Below, in pieces: positions 39,890 to 52,939 of a stretch of DNA of 64,000 nt; position 1 is the stretch's first letter, and each line of letters opens with the position of its first letter. Source of the stretch: Octopus vulgaris (Eukaryota); contig OX597819.1 in assembly GCA_951406725.2 (NCBI GenBank), forward strand, positions 5,580,001 to 5,644,000, written 5' to 3'. Both the position numbers and the translations under genes were made by a program. The notes under the pieces are model-generated. The model had not been told where the DNA came from. It saw nothing but the letters and a program-made list of their open reading frames with translations, and made no database searches.

Positions 39890-40057
39890 CTTACGTTCTA
39901 AGTTCAAATTCCGCCGAGGTCGACTTTGCCTTTCATCCTTTCGGGGTCGATAAATAAAGTACCAGTTACGCACTGGGGTCGATGTAATCGACTTAATCCC
40001 TTTGTCTGTCCTTGTTTGTCCCCTCTATGTTTAGCCCCTTGTGGGTAGTAAAGAAAT
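39890..40057 (+). mobile_element. SINE E, 5'-truncated
   Basis: family match ending GTAAAGAAATA. Confidence 0.88.
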
Positions 40058-40192
40058 ATATATTTAGCTGAAAAACAGCTATTAACCTACACTCGAGGAA
40101 AATCGTTGCGTAAACAATTCTTAGATACACAACCGTAAACAAGTCTGTTTTTCTTTTATCTGTCCTCACTCAAACCACCCCAGTCTACAGCG

Positions 40193-40820
40193 TTCAAATT
40201 TTAGCGCAAGGCCAGCAATTTCGGGAGGAGGGCTAAGTCGATTGCTTCGACCCCCCCCCCCCCCACAAGTGTTCAACTGTTAGTTATTTTATTGACCCTG
40301 AAAGGATGAAAGGCAAAGTCAACCTCGTCGGAATTTGAACTCAGAAAGTAAAAATGGATGAAATACCACCAAGTATCTTGCCCGGCGTGCTAACGATTTT
40401 GTCATCTTGCTACCTTAAATCGTCAGAATCGTTAGCACGCCGGGCGAAATGCTTAGCGGTATTTCGTCTGCGTTACGTTGTGAGTTCAAATTCCGCCGAG
40501 GTCGACTTTGCCTTTCATCCTTTCGGGGTCGATTAAATAAGCACCAGTTACGCACTGGGGTCGATGTAATCGACTTAATCCATTTGTCTATCCTTGTTTG
40601 TCCCCTCTGTGTTTGGCCCCTTGTGGGTTGTAAAGAAACAGTTAATTGTAAGGCGGTGAGGTGGCAGAATCGTCAGAACAATGGACAAAACGATTAGCAG
40701 TATTTCGACCGTCTTCCCGTTCTGCGTTCAAATCCTGCCTTTCATCCTTTACTACGAGTTGAGCATTGGGGTGGGTGTAATCGACTAGCTCCTTCCCTCA
40801 AAATTTCAGGCTTTGTGCTT
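40193..40820. mobile_element. Cluster of three SINE E copies (minus 40193-40418; plus 40423-40640; plus 40651-40820)
   Basis: family motifs. Confidence 0.8.
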
Positions 40821-41044
40821 ATATTTATATTTCCAATACCTCGAAGCACATACAAAAAGCCATTAATAACGTAAATATTAGGTTGAAAAAGTCCTTTTGG
40901 ATGGAAAAAGTTGAAGTCTGCTTATGGAACTCGAATCCACATCTGCTGTAGACATGACAGGCATTCTGCTAGTGGAGCAAAAGCAATCCTACGAATTTGT
41001 GCATCCCGTTTGGAAACTTAATTCTGACCAGTGGGAACTGTTAT

Positions 41045-41302
41045 GTTATTGACACCATAACAATTTTATTAACTTTCAAGAAAACGCGAATTAATTCTTT
41101 TTTGGAATATCTAGAAACACACATAAAACCATAAATAAAAGCATGTAAATATATGTTGCCCCGACTTTTTCTCTACGAAACAATTTTCAACCGAGTATCT
41201 ACAGGCTGTTATTGATCGCTTTATTTGTGCTTTTTGAGATATTCCAAAAAAGAATTATTCCACGTTCTCTCTAAAGTTTATAAAATTCTTATGACGTCAA
41301 CG
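41045..41302. mobile_element. Old MITE-like element with ~90-bp imperfect inverted repeats
   Basis: TTGACACCATAA..AATTCTTTTTTGGAATATCT mirrors GATATTCCAAAAAAGAATT..TTATGACGTCAA. Confidence 0.55.
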
Positions 41303-41339
41303 GTATATATATATGTACGTTTAAATATTTGTTGTGCAA

Positions 41340-41648
41340 GATTTTTTATGTGAAGACGTGTGTTGAAACAGATATTGCTATATTTCGGAATGGTAATTTT
41401 GCCAGTTTAGCCAATAAAAACACACGCACAAAATGGCTAACGGTTAGTAAGGAGAGACACAAATAAGAAAGAAGAAAACAAAGGACCACTGATGCGGTCA
41501 CAGGAGTGTGACGAAAGAACTCTGGCCGAAATAAGATTAAGATTAAAGTAAAAAATAAATAACACTGAAGCAAAGTAACACCAAATATATAGTGCGTGTG
41601 TTTTTATTGGCTAAACTGGCAAAAAGACCATTCCGAAATATAACAATA
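41340..41648. mobile_element. Non-coding element with ~57-bp inverted terminal segment (PLE pseudo-LTR-like); second copy at 52940-53162 in opposite orientation
   Basis: 41373-41429 is the reverse complement of 41592-41648; 41430-41648 is the reverse complement of 52940-53162. Confidence 0.7.
41483..41527 (+). ncRNA. Variant hammerhead-like motif (core CUGAUGC)
   Basis: CCA CUGAUGC G GUCAC-AGGAGU-GUGAC GAAA GAAC UC UGG. Confidence 0.5.
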
Positions 41649-41664
41649 GGTATATATATGTATA

Positions 41665-44190
41665 CTAGCAAATGCACCCCCTCATCCATTGGACGGTTTG
41701 TATAGGTGAAGAGGGTTAACTTGGACGGTGTTAAGTTGTGGAGATGCTTGGTCAGTGTATGGGGTTGTTACTTTTGGCTAGGGCGTTAAAGATTCGGTTA
41801 ACTGTTTCTTCTAAGTAAGGAAAATTGATTGACAGTGAATCTTAACACAGTGAACGTTTTCAAAACTGTCATGAAGCCAATAAAATGAAGGAAAGCTGTT
41901 CAGCCCACAATATATACAACTTCCAATGGAATTGGACATCATAACTGACCTTAAACTTTTTGTACTCAAACACTTTCACATTAGGATAAGCACAATGTGC
42001 TCTTCCATAGCACATACCTCATATTGACACCTATACGTCAGACTGAATGCTGTTTCATCTCCAAAGTGAATGCTGCAAGTTTGGAGGCGCAATGGCCCAG
42101 TGGTTAGGGCAGCGGACTCGCGGTCATAGGATCGTTGTTTCGATTCCCAGACCGGGCGTTGTGAGTGTTTATTGAGCGAAAACACCTAAAAGCTCCACGA
42201 GGCTCCGGCAGGGGATGGTGGTGATCCCTGCTGTACTCTTTCACCACAACTTTCTCTCACTCTTACTTCCTGTTTCTGTTGTACCTGTATTTCAAAGGGC
42301 CGGCCTTGTCACTCTCTGTGTCACGCTGAATATCCCCGAGAACTACGTTAAGGGTGCACGTGTCTGTGGAGTGCTCAGCCACTTACACGTTGATTTCACG
42401 AGCAGGCTGTTCCGTTGATTCGGATCAACCGGAACCCTCGTCGTCGTAACGACGGAGTGCTTCCATCCACTGCAAGTGATATTTAAGCAATAAACAGTTC
42501 TTTGGCTTTTGCATTTGACAACAGTTGCTTTACGTATCTTATTTCGATTTTCAGTGGCGTAGTGGTAAGAACTACGGGATAAGTAACATTAGTTTCGAAT
42601 AAAAATATAAATGGAAGTTTTAATCACTCGATGGACAGGCGGACAGAAACTGCTACTCGATAAAGGCGCAAAAATGCTTAGGGAAGTCTCTCTTCTCTCA
42701 AAAACTGACACAAAAAGAGTTGAAACTCGGGCTGAAATAACATAATGTGCAATAAAATAACATAAGGCATGTTCTTTGCAAATCAATTTTATCTCGGAAA
42801 GCAATCTATATGAGCCTACGTGTTAAATTGATGTGAGATTACCTGGGGCAAGTGGCAGTCTATCCAATAAAATCAAAAATGGTCGGTTTCAAACAAGGGC
42901 ATTTTTGGAAGAGTAACAGTAACTTAATCGGAAAAGTAAGTAATAACAGAAAAACTAACTATAAAGGGCTTTCAACTCCATGGAAATCACTATTGGAGGG
43001 CTGCCTTATAAACCACATTCCTTGTCAATCCTTCGGGAGCGTAGTAAAATAGATTGGCCGAGTTTCCAACTCTGGAACAGCCTGTATATAGCTACCCGTG
43101 TGAAAAACATGGCGTGCTGAGGTCCAGCCCAACCACTTTTGAGTGACTGACCCTGGGTTTTGTTGATGGTCATGACAAAGCTTAAACGTGCGGGGAACAG
43201 TACTCTTTTCATTGGGAATATACAGTCAGTTGGAATTAGTGGTATTCGGGAAATGAAAACAGTGTCACCGGCCCCTTGACACGTTATGATTTCAGCCTCG
43301 ATAACGTCATCCAACAATTGGGTTACAACCAGCCGGGTGCCGTTGCAAAACCAAGGAGGTTCCAAGTTTCTCAGTAGAATAATTGAACCTCCAAGTCTGA
43401 GGCAGAGTTTGTGAGGTGGCATTCCCAACGGTTCTTGGGAGTTTAAAAATTATGTTGGGTAATCCATTACTTGCGTTGGATCCGTTATTGAATTAATGGA
43501 CGCATAGATTCGCTCCTGGGTTGGAAGTTGACGAAGGAAGCACATGTTAAGAGCTTGGACGGTGGAGTTTGTTGGAGCTAAAATGGCCCTTTCACACATC
43601 CATTAGTGACTGATGTAGTTTGTTGAAAGGTCGGGGTAAACTGTTCTGCAAAGATCCTCGCGGCCGGAGACGTAGTTACCGATGGTACTTATGTCAGCCA
43701 AACCATTTGCGTTCATTGGTAAGTTCTCATCGGTAAGTTCCCATTACCAACATCCAATAACTTTGCAGCAAAGTCATCATCACCCTCTTGTTGGTGAAGA
43801 ATCGAGTGCATGGTGATGGTTAACTTTCTCGTCAGGACGAAACGCCAAAGATGAGAATGTTTGATGCAAGCTTCTATTTCATCACCTGGGTGCCTTTTGG
43901 GACGATGGAAAAAGTTTGACGAAAGTCCCCAGCAAGAAGCAAAACAACATCACCGAACGTTTGGGAGATGGGGCACAGGTCTTGTAGTGTCGCATTGATG
44001 GCATCAAATGCATTCTTGTGAGACATTGTTGCCTCATCCCAGACTGTCAATTTACATTTTCGAAAGACAACGGCCTCATCAAAATTCTTCTCTATGCTAG
44101 TCGACATGACGTCATCAGGAATAGCAGCCACGCTGTTAGACGGCAGTAGAACAGTCCATTCAACATTTAAGCTTCCTCTTAACATCATGT
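41665..44190 (-). mobile_element. Older Helitron fragment (Pif1 helicase remnant at 43006-44190), containing a SINE B insertion
   Basis: VWDEATMSHKNAF, LLAGDFRQ, LRNLEPPWFCNGTRL, MTINKTQGQSL; candidate 3' CTAG at 41668-41665 with weak hairpin. Confidence 0.7.
42082..42469 (+). mobile_element. SINE B
   Basis: family match; CTGCAAGT on both sides. Confidence 0.92.
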
Positions 44191-45528
44191 CGACATACAT
44201 ACATACATATATACATGCAAAACAAAAATACCCTGTTCTTGAAGTTGAAATTTCAATGAAGGAGCCTTGGATCTAAGTTAGAAACCAGTCTATTGGCTAG
44301 AAATCTTGAAATAAAACTGAATGACATACATACATACAGACAGACATACATAATGCATACATATTAATTTTTTGAGTTCTATTTTTATGTTTGTATTACC
44401 AAAAACTCTATCTATATATGTATATAGTATAATAATTACCAGTATATAGTACAACTAGTGTCGTATTACATCATTATAACCGCTCTCTGTTTTTTGTTTA
44501 TATCAAATTTAATTACCATTTGTTGACATAGAATCAAAACAATGGTTTGTAATGGGTCTAGAATTTTAATTTGAATTACGTCAGTCCTAATTTATTTATA
44601 ATTGGCTATTATAAATTCAATTATGTCTTTAATTCGTTTATCTCTAATTGCTGACAATGAATAATTCTTTGAGACAACAAAAGAAAATAAATTATATAAG
44701 GAACTGGTTATTCGTTTATTAAAAGTTAGACTTTTTCCATTGTGAATTTTAATCCCAACGGATTAATAATGGTCTCACCTAAACATGTGTGCCCTCCTCA
44801 TAACTTTCACAAAAATGGATACTATTTTTTTTTTATGCAATTTCTACAAATATCTTCCTAATGGTGTAAATTCCGATTATATTCGAATTTGTTGGGAAAA
44901 GACATTTGCGGAGGGGATGCGAAGCGAAGTTTCGGATAATTTACATGAATCGAACTTGTTGCCCTATGATTTTCATAAAAAGGGATATTTTTTTGATGAA
45001 ATTTTCTCCAAATACTTTTCAAAAGATGTATATCACACTTATATGGAATTTAATGTGAAAAAACAAATTGGTGGGCGCGCACTTGTGCAATCTGACACAT
45101 CACATATATAGCTGCAAAATGAAATCTGAAAATTAAAAAAAATTATATAATGTGCGCAAGAATGCATGTATGCACACTCCTAATTTATTTTTCTCATGAA
45201 ATTCCAATATAATCGTAATTTACACCATCTGAAAGGTATTCTCATTAAAAAATAAGCATTTTTCTGAAATTTATGAGGAAACAAATTCGTGGTGCGGTGG
45301 CGCACTTCTGTAGTAGGCATGTCAACTAAAGTATATTATCCATTGTTGAACTCTCACTCCTAAAGGTCGACTGTGACAGCATTGAACAATACACAATAAT
45401 TCATCTGGTTTTACTCCTTCCCTTCGTATCTCTAAGAAAAATAAATCAAAGTCATTTGGTGACATTTTAAGTTTCGACAAGAAAAAACGTCTTGGTCTTT
45501 TTTTTCCAACTATTCTTTATAAACTTCC

Positions 45529-45529
<1 letters not shown>

Positions 45530-45582
<53 letters not shown>

Positions 45583-45653
45583 ACTAACTAACTAATATAT
45601 ATATATATATATACATGCATATGCATACATACACATGTATATATATGTATGTA

Positions 45654-45716
<63 letters not shown>

Positions 45717-45890
45717 ATATATATATATATATATATACAGAGAGAGAGAGGGGTAGAAAGATAGATAGATATTCATATTTATTCACATATGTCAAACATG
45801 CACGCATTCACACGCATACTCGCACACATATATACGCACATATGCACACACACACACACACACACACCCACACATACACACACATAGACT
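45530..45890. repeat. (CTA)n, (TA)n and (CA)n microsatellites
   Basis: direct reading. Confidence 0.9.
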
Positions 45891-46071
45891 ATCACTACCG
45901 AGAAAGTCCAACAAATTTTCTGAATATGTTTGCAGGTTTGGGAACACCTGACAACTATCTCACAACTATCTGACCTCATTGTGATATGTAAATATATTTT
46001 TAAGTTATATATATACAAACAATGGTAGTTAAATGTTTCGGTAAGTCAGTACATTAGAAAAGGACCAAGGA

Positions 46072-46183
<112 letters not shown>

Positions 46184-46559
46184 AGATAGTCTCGGTGGAT
46201 GTCCTGTTCTGATAAGAGATACGAGTTCTGTTTGGTTAGAGAGTAGTCTAGCTGTATCCGATATGTAAATGATAAAATAATCTGAAGACAGAATTTCTAG
46301 AGTGGAAATGAGAAGTGGTAATAAGCATGTCTTTCTTACATGAAACCGGAAAAAAGAAACGGAATTGCTTTGCACATTGAACTGTCAAAACCTGAAAATT
46401 TAGGGGCACTTTCGTATCTTGTTAGGAATAACAATTTTAAAGTTAATTCATCATTGTGCTTGTTGCTCTCCAACCGTGGCTCAACCGGCGTCGATCAAAT
46501 CTGGTCAAAGGTATTCCAGTTATGACCACTTTAACTAATATGCACATGTATTTATATAT

Positions 46560-46690
46560 ACATATACGAGCTTCTTACAGTTTCCGTCTACCAAAGGCTT
46601 TGGTCGTCTCGGAGGTTATAGCAGAAAACACTAGCTCCAGGTGCCATGCAGTGGAGGCGAACCCGGAACCATGTGATTAGGAAGCAAACT
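46560..46690 (-). mobile_element. Diverged SINE A 5' part
   Basis: cagtttccgtctacc...aacccggaaccatgtg. Confidence 0.6.
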
Positions 46691-46742
46691 CAGAGATAAA
46701 GATTCAATTATTATGGCTTAATTGCGTATTCACTACATGACC

Positions 46743-46850
<108 letters not shown>

Positions 46851-47799
46851 AAATATATTACAGACACACACAAATACACGCGCGTGCGCACACATATATG
46901 TACATTCATACATGCATTTATTTTTATTTTTGTTTTATCTAGTTTCAGCTCACGAGCTGTGGCCATGCTGGGGCACCGCCATTTTGTTAATGCTTTCAAA
47001 TTTTGGCACAAGGCCAACAATTTTACGGGAGGGAGAAGTCAATGACATCTCCCCTAGAATGGAAGGTAAAGATGATCTCGGCGGCATTTGAACTCAGAAT
47101 TCAAACAGCTATAACGATTCTTCCTCCTCGCCGCCTTTATGCATGCACATATACACACACCGGTTTTCCGCACAGTTTCTGTCAATCAAATTCGTTGCAG
47201 GCGTGTCCAATGCTTGACAAATGCTTGAGGAGCGGTGTTTTTAGGAATATGAATTGAAGCAAACTTGTTATCCAGATTGCTATGCCTGCGTCATAAATAA
47301 AAATATATTAACACCCCCTTTATCATACGTCCTGGTACATAAACAATTTCTGTGAATAATATGAATTATATCGTTTAATAGGGTATTATGTTCCTTTCAA
47401 GTTAAAATCATATGACTCGGCTATTTCCTATTTTTTTTCTGCAAGTTTTGGCATATCACTAAACAAACAAGTAAGAATGTACCCACACGAACACACACAC
47501 ATACACTGAAACGCACACGCAAACAAACAATTATCCAAAGTAAGTACAATTAATATTTTTACAAATATGGACAAAAACTTACCCAGTGTTGGGCATCTGA
47601 ACCGTCTTAGGGTATAGGACCTGAAAGCTGAGGGAATTTTACAACGGTTTACAGCACCACTGAAGAAAACATCGTTTCTAAGAACCCGTACGGTCGTAAC
47701 TCTATGTTGCTTCCCACCAGTTTTTTTTTTCTTTCACTCTATTCACATTAATTCAAGACCAAAGCTGTATTTTCCTAATCCTTCAGTTAAAATCATATC

Positions 47800-48012
47800 T
47801 TTTCTATTATAACAACAAGGCTTGAAATTTTGGGGAGGGGACAGTCGATTACATTGACCCCGGTGCTCAACTAGTACTTATTTCATCGGCCCCGAATGGA
47901 TGAAAGGCAAAGTTGACAACGGCGGAATTTGAACTCAGAACATAAAGATGGACGACATGCCGCTAAACCTTTTTTGTCCTGCGTGCTAACGATTCTGCCA
48001 ACTCGCTACCTT
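47800..48012 (-). mobile_element. SINE E
   Basis: family match. Confidence 0.82.
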
Positions 48013-48068
48013 AATTAAAGTTATTATATATGATCTATATGAAGGATACTGTTTCTTAATATACATAA

Positions 48069-48110
<42 letters not shown>

Positions 48111-48407
48111 ACACATACACATTACAAATAAGAAAATGGAGAAACACATTAGTTGGTTTATCAGCTTTAGGATATTAAAATGTTGACTTATTTATTTTTT
48201 GATAAATAAATAAGCCAACATTCTAAATAAATGGTAAAATATTTCTTTACCTTCACCCTTTTAATACAATAAGTAAGTTAATTGCATTGCAATTAAAAAC
48301 ACTTGTGTATTAATAATTTGGGTATTATACCAACAGTATATTGGATAAGTATTATCCTTTAGTGGGTTGGATCCACAACCCCTAACTTACTTGGTGGTAT
48401 ATATATA

Positions 48408-48720
48408 TTGTTGTTGCTGTTTGTTCCTTCTCGAGCCACGCCTGGCTCATAAGGGCCGGTTTCCCGGTTTCCTTGGCGTAGAGGCTGCCCACCTGGAGGG
48501 GACGCCGGGCCATCGCAGGTGAGCTGCAAGATGCAGGAGGAAAGAGTGAGAGAAAGTTGTAGCGAAAGAGTCAGCAGAAGTTCGTCATCACCTTCTGCCG
48601 GATCCGCGTGCAGCTTAGATGTTTCGCTTATAAATACACACATCGCCCGGTCTGAGATTCGAACCTGCGATCCCTCGACCGCGAGTCCGTTGCTCTAACC
48701 ACTAGGCCATGTGCCTCCAC
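48408..48720 (-). mobile_element. SINE family D (family-B-like head, different 3' module, (AAC)n tail)
   Basis: minus head GGAGGCACATGGCCTAGTGGTTAGAGCAACGGACTCGCGG..GGTTCGAATC; diverges from B after ACAACTTTCTCTCACTCTT. Confidence 0.8.
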
Positions 48721-49551
48721 ACACACACACACACACACACACATATTTTCCATCTGATATTAAAAGTTGTATTTAGTGATTTTTTTTTAAAAGATGGATT
48801 GGAATGCAATCTCGACCTCAGTGCCATTTGGTACTGAGTGGTACTCCTACCGAGGCCACCACACACGATTCTCTAAACGTTATTGGTAATTATCAACCCA
48901 TAACTCCATTAAATACAGATAGAATGTTATTATCAGCTAGAACTCGTGAACAAGCCATTCACTGTGTTTTGTCATGGAGAAAATTTTCCGCTGTTGGCAA
49001 ATGATGTAAATACACCTAAATCAACTCGCAGTGCCACCTACCCAGACCTTGAGATTCAAGCATTTTGGAGTGGTTATCTCCTCTTCAGCCACAGAAACCG
49101 AGCGGTAGCGCCGCGAGCTGATTAGAGAGACAGTCTATTATGTTATTCCAGTCATCGTACGTCGTCTGATAACGCTAATTGGCGGCTCATCGTAAATAAG
49201 CGGTTATCTCGTCTTCAGTCACAGAAACTGGACGGTTTGTAAACAAATAGTGTAAATAGAACCCGCGGCACCACCGTCCAGTTTCTGAGACTGAAGAGGT
49301 AATAACCACCCCCGAAATGCTTACAAAACACTCTGAATGGCTTCTATACGTGTTTGAACGTGCTACTGGCATATTCGAACTGATAATAACATTGCCTTTA
49401 TACACATCACTGCTTAGTGCTCTCACCTCGTAATTTATTTACCGCCGATTAGCTCTACTAGCCGACGTACAATGATTGGAAAAACAAAGGCTTTTGACTC
49501 GGTAAGCAGAACAGGCCTCTTCCTCCTGCTCCAAAAAATCGGATGTCCACC

Positions 49552-50530
49552 AAAGCTGCTGAGCATGTAACGACTTTGGCTTAGCTATCAGCCTTAAGAA
49601 GACCAACATCATGGGCCAGGCTACATCGGACATCCCAAACATACATATTGGAGACCACAGATTACAAGAGGTGGAGAAGTTTACCTATCTGGGCTCTACC
49701 GTCACCTACAACCTATCCCTTGACGCTGAGCTCAATATACGCATTGGCAAGGCAGCTGCTGTGATGGCCCAACTCTCCAAACGGGCTTGGGACAACAATA
49801 AGCTGACCAAGACCACAAAAATGAAGATCTACCAGGCATGTGTACTCAGCACTCTACTGTATGGAAGCGAGACCTGGACGCTATACACACGCCAAGAGCG
49901 TCGCCTAAACATCTTTCACTTGCGCTGCCTCCGAAAAATCCTCCACATCAAATGGCAGAATCATATCCCCAACAAAGATGTCCTCAGGCAAGCAGGAATA
50001 CCAAGCATGTTTGCACTCCTCACACAAAGACGTATGAGATGGCTTGGGCATGTTAGCCGTATGAAAGATGGCAGAATCCCCAAGGACATACTCTACGGAG
50101 AGCTTGCTAGGGGTACTAGGTCTGTGGGTAGACCGATCCTACGTTACAAGGATGTTTGCAAAAGGGATATGAAGGCCTGCAACATCAACATTAGCGGTTG
50201 GGAGGCAGTCGCCGGCAACCGTGGAGAATGGCGACGTACAGTAAAAGAGGGTATACAGAAGAGTGACAGAAAGAGAGAGGAGAAATGGAAAGAAAGGAAG
50301 AGACATAAACAAGAGACCATGGCACTACAACCAGCCAGGAACAGTCTTCGCTACATTTGCAGTACCTGCCAGAGGGAGTGTTTGTCCAGGATAGGACTAC
50401 ACAGCCACAGCAAGAAATGTAACAGGAAATAAAATATAACAGCCGGACTAGACCTAAAAAAAAAAAAAAAAAAAAAAAAGCGCAACTCCATTGTCTCCCG
50501 AGACAGAAAGGATGCCAATACAATACAATA
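49552..50530 (+). mobile_element. RTE-clade LINE, 5'-truncated, with open ORF end, 3' UTR and (CAATA)n tail
   Basis: FGLAISLKKT, FTYLGS, STLLYGSETW, RWLGHV, C-terminal CSTC..H..KC; 3' CCATTGTCTCCCGAGACAG..CAATACAATACAATA. Confidence 0.92.
49611..50432 (+). CDS. C-terminal part of RTE LINE ORF (RT thumb + Zn finger); truncated, not a host gene
   Basis: 273 aa uninterrupted frame. Confidence 0.8.
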   Translation: MGQATSDIPNIHIGDHRLQEVEKFTYLGSTVTYNLSLDAELNIRIGKAAAVMAQLSKRAWDNNKLTKTTKMKIYQACVLSTLLYGSETWTLYTRQERRLNIFHLRCLRKILHIKWQNHIPNKDVLRQAGIPSMFALLTQRRMRWLGHVSRMKDGRIPKDILYGELARGTRSVGRPILRYKDVCKRDMKACNINISGWEAVAGNRGEWRRTVKEGIQKSDRKREEKWKERKRHKQETMALQPARNSLRYICSTCQRECLSRIGLHSHSKKCNRK

Positions 50531-50646
50531 TAATCAACCGATAAGGGTGAGAGAATTGGGTACTAATTTAATAGCACAACCATTTACCACCAAGTGGCTT
50601 AGTGCATAAAAAACCCGGATTACGACACATTTTATACATAAATATA

Positions 50647-50826
50647 AGAGAGTGACCACCATGTGGTCTACTCTAGCACTAAAAATAGATCCGCAAGGTT
50701 TCAGCCACAAAAGAAATTGTTTCCGTTGCGCTGGTAGTAGGGCTAACTTTCAACGGAAACAATTTCTTTTGTGGCTGAAACCTTGCGGATCTATTTTTAG
50801 TGCTAGAGTAGACCACATGGTGGTCA

Positions 50827-50832
<6 letters not shown>
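50647..50832. repeat. Perfect inverted repeat, 82-bp arms, 22-bp spacer
   Basis: 50647-50728 is the reverse complement of 50751-50832. Confidence 0.92.
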
Positions 50833-50890
<58 letters not shown>

Positions 50891-50894
<4 letters not shown>

Positions 50895-51690
50895 TTTGGC
50901 AAGGATTGGACAGCCAAAGACGATGTGGTCAACTGTCTCATTGAGCTGGTTGCACATTCTGCATTTGGTGTTAGGGCTATTTTTTATTATTTTGCTTTTA
51001 TAGTTATTTGTGGACAGGCAGTAGATTTGTGCAACGAGTATTAATCCTTCGTTTGTGGAGGCGCAATGGCCCAGTGGTTAGGGCAGCGAACTCGCGGTCA
51101 TAGGATCGCGGTTTCAATTCTCAGACCGGGCAGTGTGAGTGTTTATTGAGCGTAAACACCTAAAAGCTCCACGAGGCTCCGGCAGGGGGTGGTGGTAATC
51201 CCTGCTGTACTCTTTCACCACAACTTTCTCTCACTCTTACTTCCTGTTTCTGTTGTACCTGTATTTCAAGGGGCCGGCCTTGTCACTCTGTGTCACGCTG
51301 AATATCCCCGAGAACTACGTTAAGGGTACACGTGTCTGTGGAGTGCTCAGCCACTTACACATTAATTTCACGAGTAGGCTGTTCCGTTGATTCGGATCAA
51401 CCGGAACCCTCAACGTCGTAACCGAGGGAGTGCTTCCAAGTCCTTCCTTTTATGCATTAGTCCAGACCTTTTAAGCCATTGTAGGCTTTCCCTTGGGCTC
51501 ATTTCTTCTCTGTCAAACCTTTCAAGCCGTGGAGTGATTTCTCTCTCCATTTCTTCTTCAGTATGTTGCATAGTTATGTTTCCATGTTGTTTTTTGTCTC
51601 TTTCATCATTTCAGGGTTTCAGTGTAGTTTGTTGTTGCTTTGAATTTTGTCCCCACTTTGTGTATAGAGTAAAGGGTTTTCTTTTTTCGT
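50891..51690 (-). pseudogene. R4/Dong/NeSL-type non-LTR retrotransposon fragment (CCHC knuckle), split by SINE B
   Basis: minus: ESLQWLKRSGL | EGLILVAQ..LSTNNYKSKI..KCRMCNQLNETVDHIVFGCPILAK. Confidence 0.7.
51055..51438 (+). mobile_element. SINE B
   Basis: family match. Confidence 0.9.
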
Positions 51691-52444
51691 GCTAAATACA
51701 GTTAAATACTGCAGACGGTGCTATCGACTAATCCTTCCCTTTAGAATTATTGGTCTTGTACCTAAACCAGAATGATCTTTTAATCATTTCGTCATGTGTT
51801 GCTGACATTGGTGTCATCTGATTCTTTAGTTTATTTTTGCCTTTCATGTTTTACTGACGTTTTCCGGTTTTGTGTATGTCTTACGAGAAAAAATGTTACT
51901 GTTACTGTTTATCAATGTTACCCCATTGCTGTTTCTCTCATATATTCATATCGTTTTTCAGCAGCTAATTCTTTCTCTACATTACTGCAAAATCTGGACA
52001 ATTTCAGACTGAGTAGAGGGGACCTCATTTTTCTCACGTTACTGAAAATTTATGTCGTTTGAATAAAGAAAATTAAAATTAACTTGCACTAGAAGATTAA
52101 TATTAACTTGCACTGTTCATGCCATTTTGTTTATATTTGTTTCGTTGTATGTGACAGGAAGGGGAAAGCATAGCTTAGATGATGCATAGTAGGAAAAATG
52201 GATTATTCAATAAGAACACAAACACACACATAGATATATACATACATGCACGCGCGCGCCAGCTAGTAGCGAAGCTTTTATGCAGTCTTTCAATGTGCTA
52301 GAAAGAATAATCAATACCTCATACTCATTTCACACTCAACTTTCTGGAAGGTTAGCCATTGGTCTGCTGAAAAGGAGCTAATTGAGTGTGAGTATGTAGT
52401 ATAGGTAAACAACATTAAATAGCAACATTAACACACATATATTA

Positions 52445-52487
<43 letters not shown>

Positions 52488-52497
<10 letters not shown>

Positions 52498-52603
52498 TTA
52501 GAGACAAAACCACTATTTTGCAAATCAAACAAAGAAAGACTTAATCCAATACATAAAAAATTGTATGTATGTATATATGTATTTGGATTTATTCCCTAAT
52601 ATT

Positions 52604-52610
<7 letters not shown>
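52488..52610. repeat. Truncated copy of the 53323-53725 element between TA tracts
   Basis: TAATATTAATTAGAGACAAAACCACTATTTTGC and TTTGGATTTATTCCCTAATATTT shared. Confidence 0.75.
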
Positions 52611-52692
<82 letters not shown>

Positions 52693-52939
52693 TGTATGTA
52701 TGTATATATAAGTGTGTGTGTATATATGTATATCTATATATGTGTGTGTGTTTCTATATATAATAACGAAGGTAGCCAAACGCAATATAAAACCAAAAAG
52801 GGAAAAAATTTAGTTGTCATTAATAGTGGCCGAGGGATCAGGGTAGCACCTACATTTCTAGAAACATCCTATGTACATTTTTGTATTTGTGTGTTGCCAT
52901 CGCTGTGTATGTATGTGTGTATGTATGTATGTATGTATA

